This document shows, one piece after another, positions 19,615 through 26,595 of a DNA stretch of 64,000 nucleotides (its first letter is position 1; each line of letters begins with the position of its first letter). The position numbers and the translations under genes were made by a program. The notes under the pieces were generated by a model. That model ran no database searches, had not been told where the DNA came from, and saw nothing but the letters and a program-made list of their open reading frames with translations. This DNA is from Thermoanaerobaculia bacterium (GTDB taxonomy: Bacteria > Acidobacteriota > Thermoanaerobaculia > Gp7-AA8): the NCBI GenBank assembly GCA_035482045.1, contig DATHRD010000081.1, forward strand, positions 6,238-70,237. Direction: 5' to 3'.

Positions 19615-20883
19615 GTGAGCTCCCTGAAAACTCGAGCGTTTCCGCTGGCCCTGGGGGCGGACCATGGTGGTTTTGAGCTGAAAGAGCAGCTCAAGACTCA
19701 TTTGCGCGAGAAGGGTCATACCGTTCACGATCTCGGTACCCACAGTAAGGACGCTGTCGACTATCCCAGGATCGCCAAAGCCGTCGCCGATCTCGTCGCA
19801 GCGGGGACCGTCCGCTTCGGAATCATGGTGGACGGAGCCGGAATCGGCTCGGCCATGACGGCCAACAAAGTGCCCGGCATCCTGGCTGCAGCCGCCTACA
19901 ATGAGATACTTGCGCGAAACAGCCGCGAGCATAATGATGCGAACGTTCTGACGCTCGGGGCCGGTCAGGTGGATGTCGACACGGCGAAACGGATCGTCGA
20001 GGTCTTTCTCGAAACGGAGTGCACCGCGGATCGGCACCGCGCGCGGGTGAAGATGATCCGCGAGATGGATAAAGGAGGGCGTGGGGTGAGCTCGAGGGGC
20101 AGCGACTTGTCAGCGGAGGACACTGCTCGGATCGCCGACCGGGTGCGGCAGCTCCTCCAGCAGGGCGGTGCCTCCACGCTGCCCGCCACGAACGTCCTTC
20201 CCCCGGAGAAGCTGGTCAAGCTGATCGACCACACGCTGCTCAAGCCCGAAGCAACCGCCGAGGACATCGAGAAACTCTGTCAGGAGGCTTCGCGGTTCGG
20301 CTTCTATTCCGTGTGCGTGAATCCGACATGGGTGGCCAAGGCGAAATCCCTCCTTCGCGGGACCTCAGTGAAGGTCTGCGCCGTGGTCGGCTTCCCGCTC
20401 GGCGCGCAGTCCCCGGAGATCAAGACCCTCGAGGCGCGCCGCGCTCTACGGGAAGGGGCGCAGGAAATCGACATGGTGATCAACATCGGCGCGCTGAAGA
20501 GCAAAGACGACCGTCTGGTGGCGCGCGACATCCGCGGAGTGGTCGAGGCCTGCGACGAAGCGCGTGCCGTCTCCAAAGTCATCCTGGAGACCGCGCTGCT
20601 CAACGACGAGGAAAAGGTCCGAGGATGCCAGCTTGCCATGAAGGCGCGTGCCGGCTTTGTGAAGACCTCGACCGGCTTCTCGAAGGCGGGCGCCACCGTC
20701 GAGGACATCGCCCTGATGGCGCGCACCGTGGCTCCCCGTAAGCTCGGCGTGAAAGCTTCCGGCGGAGTACGCACCTACGCCGACGTATTGAAGATGGTGG
20801 AAGCGGGCGCCACCCGCGTGGGCAGCTCCAATAGTGTCAAGATTCTGGAAGAGGCCACGCAATTGGCCTCGGGGAAGAGGTGA
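19615..20883 (+). CDS. Fused ribose-5-phosphate isomerase B (RpiB/LacAB family) and deoxyribose-phosphate aldolase (DeoC), with an amphipathic inter-domain helix; candidate microcompartment cargo enzyme
   Basis: N-terminal RpiB motifs ([31 protein letters not shown]); linker [19 protein letters not shown]; C-terminal DeoC motifs ([18 protein letters not shown], Schiff-base Lys in VKTSTGF). Confidence 0.85.
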   Translation: MSSLKTRAFPLALGADHGGFELKEQLKTHLREKGHTVHDLGTHSKDAVDYPRIAKAVADLVAAGTVRFGIMVDGAGIGSAMTANKVPGILAAAAYNEILARNSREHNDANVLTLGAGQVDVDTAKRIVEVFLETECTADRHRARVKMIREMDKGGRGVSSRGSDLSAEDTARIADRVRQLLQQGGASTLPATNVLPPEKLVKLIDHTLLKPEATAEDIEKLCQEASRFGFYSVCVNPTWVAKAKSLLRGTSVKVCAVVGFPLGAQSPEIKTLEARRALREGAQEIDMVINIGALKSKDDRLVARDIRGVVEACDEARAVSKVILETALLNDEEKVRGCQLAMKARAGFVKTSTGFSKAGATVEDIALMARTVAPRKLGVKASGGVRTYADVLKMVEAGATRVGSSNSVKILEEATQLASGKR

Positions 20884-20886
20884 ACG

Positions 20887-21510
20887 GTGGCTGAGCTTCG
20901 CTGCTATGTATTCATCGACAGCCTGCAGCCCCAGTTCGCTTCGTTCCTCGGAACGATCGCTCAGGGATTTCTTCCGGTGCCGGGCCAGGCCTCGCTGTTC
21001 GTCGAGGTTTCGCCGGGCATGGAGATCATGAGCGTGACCGACGTCGCCCTCAAGGCCACCGACGTCCGGCCGGGGATGATGATCATCGAGCGCCTCTACG
21101 GCATGCTCGAACTGCACTCAGATTCACAGGCCGATGTGCGCCAGGCCGGCCAGGCCATCCTCGATTCTCTGAATCTGAAGGAAACAGACCGCATCAAGCC
21201 CGAGATCACCTCCAGCCAGGTGATCCGCAACATCTCCGACTACCATACGCAGCTCATCAACAGGACCCGTCACGGTGACATGATCGTTCCGGGGCAGACC
21301 CTGTATGTGCTGGAGGTGGCGCCCGCGGGCTACGCGGCGATTGCGGCCAACGAGGCGGAGAAGGCGGCCAACATCAATGTCCTCGAGGTGCGGGCCTTTG
21401 GAAGCTTCGGGCGCGTTTACCTCGGCGGCGAAGAACGCGACATCGACGTCGGATACCGGGCTGCGGAGCAGGCCATTGCATCGATTGCCGGACGCGCCGG
21501 AAGGCCGTGA
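20887..21510 (+). CDS. BMC-T shell protein (tandem BMC domains)
   Basis: Two BMC-fold segments, each ending in the alpha/beta pattern ([13 protein letters not shown]... and [48 protein letters not shown]). Confidence 0.65.
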   Translation: MAELRCYVFIDSLQPQFASFLGTIAQGFLPVPGQASLFVEVSPGMEIMSVTDVALKATDVRPGMMIIERLYGMLELHSDSQADVRQAGQAILDSLNLKETDRIKPEITSSQVIRNISDYHTQLINRTRHGDMIVPGQTLYVLEVAPAGYAAIAANEAEKAANINVLEVRAFGSFGRVYLGGEERDIDVGYRAAEQAIASIAGRAGRP

Positions 21511-21700
21511 AAAGCAAACCAGAAACCAGAAAGCAGAAACGAGAAAACTAGAACCAGAAATAGAGAACTAGAAACCAGAGAGCAGAAATGAGCTAGAAGC
21601 AGAATCCAGAAGGCAGATCGCTGAACGGGGTTTTTCTCCGACTCCCGACTCCCGACTCCCGACCCCCGCCTTCTGGTTTCTAGTTTCCGATTTTGAGGAG
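21511..21700. repeat. Purine/A-rich degenerate tandem repeat (AGAAACCAGAA units) followed by a (GACTCCC)3 block and a reverse-complement arm, inside the microcompartment operon
   Basis: approx. 105 nt of AGAAAC-type repeats, then cggggttttt, (gactccc)3, and ccttctggtttctagtttc complementary to the upstream repeat; strong GAGGAGG RBS immediately after. Confidence 0.8.
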
Positions 21701-21705
21701 GACGC

Positions 21706-22017
21706 ATGACAGACGCACTAGGCATGATCGAAACGAGGTCTTTTCCGGCGGTAGTGGAAGCCGCCGACGCGGCGGTTAAGGCTGCGCGAGTGGATCTCGT
21801 CTCCTATGAGAAGACGGGTGGCGGATACACAACGATCGTCGTCCGCGGAGATGTTGCGGCGGTGAAAGCGGCGTGCGATGCGGCGCAGACCGCGGCAGGA
21901 CGGGTTGGCGACGTCGTGACCGTGCACGTGATCGCCCGGCCGCACGACCAGGTCGACGTCATCATGCCGCTCGGCCGAAAGCAGGCGGCGCCGCAGGGTC
22001 ACGAGAAGAAGAAGTAA
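21706..22017 (+). CDS. BMC-H shell protein (PduA/EutM/CcmK-like hexamer)
   Basis: ALGMIETRSFPAVVEAADAAVKAARVDLVSYEKTGGGYTTIVVRGDVAAVKAA is the canonical BMC domain; GAGGAGG RBS. Confidence 0.9.
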   Translation: MTDALGMIETRSFPAVVEAADAAVKAARVDLVSYEKTGGGYTTIVVRGDVAAVKAACDAAQTAAGRVGDVVTVHVIARPHDQVDVIMPLGRKQAAPQGHEKKK

Positions 22018-22032
22018 CAGGACCTACGTCCA

Positions 22033-22320
22033 ATGCAACTCGCGAGAGTCGTGGGAACCGTCGTGGCCACGCTTAAGGAGGAGAGCATGCAGGGGATCAA
22101 ACTCCTGGTCGTGCGTCCTCTCGATGAAGAAGGCCGCGAGAGCGGCAATGCGATCGTGTCGGCTGACGCGGTGGGAGCCGGTCCGGGCGAGGTCGTGCTG
22201 ATCGCGGCCGGAAGCTCGGCCCGGCAAACCGTGGTCACGGACAAGCGTCCCGTCGATTCGGTGGTCATGGCCATCGTCGACAGCTGGCATGTTGCCGATA
22301 CCGTGAAGTACAAGAAGTGA
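22033..22320 (+). CDS. BMC-P vertex protein (EutN/PduN/CcmL family), paralog 1
   Basis: MQLARVVGTVVAT...KLLVVRPLD...VVLIAAGSSAR, approx. 95 aa pentamer-type fold. Confidence 0.85.
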   Translation: MQLARVVGTVVATLKEESMQGIKLLVVRPLDEEGRESGNAIVSADAVGAGPGEVVLIAAGSSARQTVVTDKRPVDSVVMAIVDSWHVADTVKYKK

Positions 22321-22327
22321 GCCGCCG

Positions 22328-23782
22328 ATGACGCGCCTGACCGATCAGGAAATCGACGAGATCGCGCGGCGCATCGCCGCCGAGATGGGCGGCCGCGGCG
22401 CGGAACCTGCCCGGAGCGGAGCCGAAGGCCCTCCGCCCGTCCAGTCTCACGAGATGAGTCTCGGGGTTTTTGCCACGGTATCCGACGCCGTGCGCGCGGC
22501 GACCACCGCACAGAAAGAGTTCGTCGCGCTCAAGCTCGCCCATCGAGCCCGCATCCTCGAAGCGATGCGCCAGGCGATGCGCGAGAACGAATCGGTTCTC
22601 GCGAAAGCGGCGTTTGAAGAGACCGGCCTTGGACGCTACGAAGACAAGGTCATCAAGAATCGACTCGTCACGGAAAGGACCCCGGGCCTGGAAGATCTCG
22701 TTCCCGTGGCCACGACGGGGGACAACGGTCTCACGCTCGTCGAGCCCGCGCCGTTCGGTGTGATCGGCGCCATCACGCCCGTCACCAACCCCACATCCAC
22801 GATCATCTGCAACTCGATCGGGATGCTGGCCGCCGGCAACAGCGTCGTGTTCAACGTCCACCCGTACGCGAAGAACTGCTGCATGCAGACCATCGCCCTG
22901 CTCAACAAGGCCATCGCCGGCGCCGGCGGCCCTGCCAATGTCATCACCGGCGTGGCCAACCCGACTATCGAGTCGGCGCAGGAGCTGATGAAGCATCCAG
23001 GCGTGCGTTTGGTGGTCGTGACGGGTGGGGGAGAAGTCGTCAAGGTTGCCATGAGCAGTGGCAAGCGGGCCATCTGTGCCGGCCCTGGGAATCCGCCGGT
23101 GGTCGTGGACGAGACGGCGGACATCGACAGAGCGGCGCGCGACATCATCCTCGGCGCCTCCACCGACAACAACATCATCTGCACCGACGAGAAGGAAACC
23201 ATCGCCGTCTCGTCGATCGCCGACGCCCTCATCGCCTCGATGGGACGGCAAGGGGCGGTCGTTCTTCCGCGGGAGCGGCTCGCCGAGTTGGAGAAAGTCG
23301 TGTTCACGGAGATGAAGGGCCCGAGGCAGAAGGCCTGGATCGACAAGAACCTCGTCGGAAAGAACGCCTCCGCGATTCTGGCCAGGATGGGGATGAACGT
23401 TCCCGACGCGGTCCGCCTGGTCGTCGTCGAGGTCGATGAGAGCCATCCGTTGCTCTGGACCGAACAGATGATGCCGGTCATGCCCGTCGTTCGAGTCTCC
23501 GACGCGAACCGTGCCATCGATCTGGCGGTCCAGTTGGAAGGCGGGAACCGTCACACCGCGGTGATGCATTCGAAGGATCTCGACAATCTCAGCCGCATGG
23601 CCAAGGCGTGCGACTGCTCGATCTTCGTCAAGAACGGCCGCTCGCAGGCCGGCCTCGGGCTCGATGGCGAGGGCTATTGCTCCTTCACGATCGCCAGCCC
23701 CACCGGCGACGGCATGACCGGACCGCGATCATTCTCACGCTGGCGCCGCTGCGTGCTCGTCGGTCACTTCAGGATCACGTGA
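22328..23782 (+). CDS. CoA-acylating aldehyde dehydrogenase (PduP/EutE-like) with an N-terminal encapsulation peptide
   Basis: N-terminal amphipathic helix TDQEIDEIARRIAAEM plus Gly/Pro linker; ALDH core with catalytic Cys (NNIICTDE); C-terminal FTIASPTGDG motif. Confidence 0.9.
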   Translation: MTRLTDQEIDEIARRIAAEMGGRGAEPARSGAEGPPPVQSHEMSLGVFATVSDAVRAATTAQKEFVALKLAHRARILEAMRQAMRENESVLAKAAFEETGLGRYEDKVIKNRLVTERTPGLEDLVPVATTGDNGLTLVEPAPFGVIGAITPVTNPTSTIICNSIGMLAAGNSVVFNVHPYAKNCCMQTIALLNKAIAGAGGPANVITGVANPTIESAQELMKHPGVRLVVVTGGGEVVKVAMSSGKRAICAGPGNPPVVVDETADIDRAARDIILGASTDNNIICTDEKETIAVSSIADALIASMGRQGAVVLPRERLAELEKVVFTEMKGPRQKAWIDKNLVGKNASAILARMGMNVPDAVRLVVVEVDESHPLLWTEQMMPVMPVVRVSDANRAIDLAVQLEGGNRHTAVMHSKDLDNLSRMAKACDCSIFVKNGRSQAGLGLDGEGYCSFTIASPTGDGMTGPRSFSRWRRCVLVGHFRIT

Positions 23783-24396
23783 TGAGGAAGACGTCCGCTT
23801 TCGCCGTCCTCGATTTCTCCGACATTCCGTCGGGCGTCTGCGCGGTCGATTCCATTCTAAAGAAAGCGCCCATCGCATTCGTGCGGGCCGGAACGGTGAC
23901 GCACGGCCGTTATCTGGTCGTGTTCGGCGGTTCGACCGCCGCCACCGCCGAGTCGCTGGCCGAGGCGCTGGCGACGAGCGGCAGCGCGATCATCGATCAC
24001 AGCTTCCTGCCGGATGCGCATCCGGTACTCTTCGACGCGGCGTTCGGGGCGCGCCGGAAATCGACGGGCTCGCTTCTCATCATCGAGACCGAGACCGCCT
24101 CCTCGATCGTTCGCGCCGTGGAAGCGGCTCTCAAAGGAACGCCGGTCGAGCTGATCGAGATGCGCCTTGCCGACGCGGGGTTGGCGGGCAAGGGAATCGC
24201 GCTGATGGCCGGCTCGCTCCACGACGTCGAAGCGGCAGCGGCCCTGGCGGCCGAAGGAACCCGAGACGCTCCATCGCCCCGAGGCTTCTCGCATCGGCTC
24301 ATCGCAGCGCCGCACGAGATCATGGAGCGCGAAATCGCAGCGGTGATGCGATTCGACATCGCCCCTCTCCTCGATCTGGATGGGGAGGCCGGCTGA
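23782..24396 (+). CDS. BMC-T shell protein (tandem BMC domains), second paralog
   Basis: ATG overlaps the AldDH stop by 1 nt; two BMC-like segments (FAVLDFSDIPSGVCAVDSILKKAP... and LLIIETETASSIVRAVEAALKGTPVELIEMRLADAGLAGKGIALMAGSLHDVEAAAALA). Confidence 0.65.
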   Translation: MRKTSAFAVLDFSDIPSGVCAVDSILKKAPIAFVRAGTVTHGRYLVVFGGSTAATAESLAEALATSGSAIIDHSFLPDAHPVLFDAAFGARRKSTGSLLIIETETASSIVRAVEAALKGTPVELIEMRLADAGLAGKGIALMAGSLHDVEAAAALAAEGTRDAPSPRGFSHRLIAAPHEIMEREIAAVMRFDIAPLLDLDGEAG

Positions 24397-24665
24397 TGCT
24401 TCTGGGCCGCGTCATCGGTCAGGTCGTACCGTGCGTGGTGACGCCCGGACTCGAGGGCGTGCCGATGCTCATCGTGCAGCCGCTGGACAAGATGCTGAAG
24501 CCGAAAGGAAAGGCCATCGTCGCCGCCGATGCCACGCGCATGGCCGGCCCGGGCGAGCTGGTCTCGTACGAAGGCGGGCGTGAGGCGGCCATGTCTCTCG
24601 ATCCGGCGTTCGTACCGATCGATCACGCCATCCTGGCGATCGTCGACGGGGTCAACATCTCGTGA
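24396..24665 (+). CDS. BMC-P vertex protein, paralog 2
   Basis: MLLGRVIGQVVPCVV...PMLIVQPLD; 1-nt overlap with the upstream stop. Confidence 0.85.
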   Translation: MLLGRVIGQVVPCVVTPGLEGVPMLIVQPLDKMLKPKGKAIVAADATRMAGPGELVSYEGGREAAMSLDPAFVPIDHAILAIVDGVNIS

Positions 24666-24931
24666 TCCTCGGACGCGTCATCGGCGAGATCCACGGGACG
24701 ATCAAGCACCCGTTCTACGAAGGCAAGAAGCTCCTGGTGATCGAGAAGACCTCACCCTCGGGCGACCCGACCGGCGACTACCTCATCGCCGCCGACTCGG
24801 TCGGCGCCGGCGCCCACGAGCGCGTTCTCGTACTCGACGAAGGCAATGGCGCGCGGCAGGTGTTCGACTCGAAGGACGGCCCAGTCCGCTCCGTCGTTGT
24901 GGGGATCATCGACGATGTTGTGAGTGGCTGA
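24662..24931 (+). CDS. BMC-P vertex protein, paralog 3
   Basis: MILGRVIGEIHGTIK...KLLVIEK; GTGA start/stop overlap. Confidence 0.85.
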   Translation: MILGRVIGEIHGTIKHPFYEGKKLLVIEKTSPSGDPTGDYLIAADSVGAGAHERVLVLDEGNGARQVFDSKDGPVRSVVVGIIDDVVSG

Positions 24932-24934
24932 GGT

Positions 24935-25060
24935 GTCGCGGCCGTGCAGGTCACGCGGTCGCGCAGTCACGCGGTCTCGCAGTTCCCAGGTCCCGTGCTG
25001 TCCGGTACGTTCCCCGCCGAGAGACCCCGAGACCGCGCGACCGCGCGACCGCCTAACCGC
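24935..25060. repeat. Tandem-repeat hairpin (GTCACGCG/GTCGCGCA arrays ... GAGACC/GCGCGACC arrays) after the microcompartment operon
   Basis: gtcgcggccgtgcaggtcacgcggtcgcgcagtcacgcggtctcgcag ... gagaccccgagaccgcgcgaccgcgcgaccgc. Confidence 0.75.
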
Positions 25061-25171
25061 GCTGCTGAGCTTTCCAAAAACATAGAGACGCGACGCAGCC
25101 GCGGACGTAAGTTGCTGTCCGTCGCTGATCCGAAACTCGCGGCGACCCAGTGGGCGCACTCTAGCGCGCCA

Positions 25172-25206
25172 GCCCGTTGCGACGGCCGAGCAACGGGCAT
25201 TTTTTT
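25172..25206 (+). terminator. Intrinsic terminator: 9-bp GC stem (GCCCGTTGC/GCAACGGGC) followed by T7
   Basis: gcccgttgcgacggccgagcaacgggcattttttta; the only canonical U-tract terminator noticed in the window; sits at the convergent junction closing the microcompartment operon. Confidence 0.65.
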
Positions 25207-25576
25207 AGGCTGTGCTTCGGATCGGCTGCGCGATGAGTGCCAGATCGACGGTCGAGACGAGGTCGTCGTCGATCTCCTCGGGTTTGATGACCCGTACCGA
25301 CGGGAGCGCGCGCCTGACCGTCTCCACAGCCGCCGCGATGACGATGATGGCGACGTTTTGTCCGTGCAGCGCCTCGATCCTGCGAACCAGGGCAATGGCG
25401 GTGAGCACCGGCAGATCGATGACAACGCCCTCGACGTTCGGCGCTCCGGAGATCCGTTCCATGGTGGCGTCGTCGACGATCTTGCTGACCATGTACCCGG
25501 CCGTGCCAAGCAGGGTGGCAGCGCGAGACGCGCCCGGGTCAGCACGCAGGAGCAGATGCGGCGTGAGTTGCGTCAT
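25205..25576 (-). CDS. Receiver-like (CheY-fold) single-domain protein, degenerate
   Basis: VVIDLPVLTAI and VRVIKP resemble receiver D and K positions, but the N-terminal acidic pair is missing. Confidence 0.45.
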   Translation of the reverse strand: MTQLTPHLLLRADPGASRAATLLGTAGYMVSKIVDDATMERISGAPNVEGVVIDLPVLTAIALVRRIEALHGQNVAIIVIAAAVETVRRALPSVRVIKPEEIDDDLVSTVDLALIAQPIRSTA

Positions 25577-26000
25577 TCGAGGCCTCGTTTCTGTAGGTCG
25601 TGCGCAGCAGGCGGCTGTGATCGATCAGGGTTTGAATGCGGGCGATGATCTCCATCGGCTCCTGCGACTTCGTGATGAAGCCATCCGCGCCGAGCTCTTC
25701 GGTCATGGCGGCCAGTTCGTTCGGAGAACGGCCGGAGAAGAGGACGAGCAGGGCGCTGGTCCGGAGCAGACGCCTGAGCCCCTGGCGGAGTGCGGCGGTG
25801 CTGGAGAGCGCGGGGAGGCTGACGTCGAGCAGGACGACATCCGGGTCGGCTTCTCGCAGGATCAACGGCAGCGTGATCATCGAGTCGTGCATGACCACGT
25901 CGATACCGCTGATCTCGAGCAGCGCCTTCATCCCTTCCAGGAGATCGTGCTGGTCATCGACGATCAGCACGCGGCCGCGTGTTTCGTTGCGGGCGCTCAT
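25539..26000 (-). CDS. Single-domain response regulator (receiver only)
   Basis: LIVDDQ, VVLLDVSLP (phospho-Asp), LFSGRS, FITKS conserved receiver positions. Confidence 0.7.
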   Translation of the reverse strand: MSARNETRGRVLIVDDQHDLLEGMKALLEISGIDVVMHDSMITLPLILREADPDVVLLDVSLPALSSTAALRQGLRRLLRTSALLVLFSGRSPNELAAMTEELGADGFITKSQEPMEIIARIQTLIDHSRLLRTTYRNEASNDATHAASAPAC

Positions 26001-26434
26001 CGAGACCCCGCCTGAACGCGCCGCACGAGTCCGGCCACAGCCTGGGGATGCAGCGGTTTGATGAGGTAGTCGTCGATGCCGTAGTGCAGCTTCGCCTCGT
26101 TCTGATAGCGCGTGTGCTTGTAGATCGCCGTCATGATGGCGATGTGCGGACGGTAGTCGGGGTCGATGTGCCGGATGAAGCGGGAGATCTCGAATCCGTG
26201 CATCTCCGGGAGCAGCCCGTCGAGCAGGATGAGGTCCGGCCGGCTCTCGGAGGCGACGCGAATGGCCTCGAAGCCGCTGCTGGCCGTGAACGGAGCGATG
26301 TGCAAGGCCCGGAACTGCTCGATCAGCGACCAGCGCAGCTTCCGCTCGTCTTCGACGATCAGTACCGTCGGCAATGCGGCATCGTCGGTTGGGTGGTACG
26401 GAAGGTCAGGAACTGCGATCTCGGCAATGCTCAT
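25997..26434 (-). CDS. Single-domain response regulator (receiver only)
   Basis: LIVEDE, LILLDGLLP, IMTA, YLIKP receiver positions; 4-nt overlap with the downstream receiver gene. Confidence 0.7.
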   Translation of the reverse strand: MSIAEIAVPDLPYHPTDDAALPTVLIVEDERKLRWSLIEQFRALHIAPFTASSGFEAIRVASESRPDLILLDGLLPEMHGFEISRFIRHIDPDYRPHIAIMTAIYKHTRYQNEAKLHYGIDDYLIKPLHPQAVAGLVRRVQAGSR

Positions 26435-26595
26435 TAGTTGCTACCCCTTTTCGCTCTCGAACTCGCTGGGAAGTAGTCCAAGAGCGCTGCCATGGGGTAG
26501 CAAGGGGCTAAGTCATTGTGGAGAAAGGGGAATCACGTTTCTAGTGGTTTGGCTATGCCGTTTGCTTTTCGGAGGAGTGTTCGGAATTAGAACGC

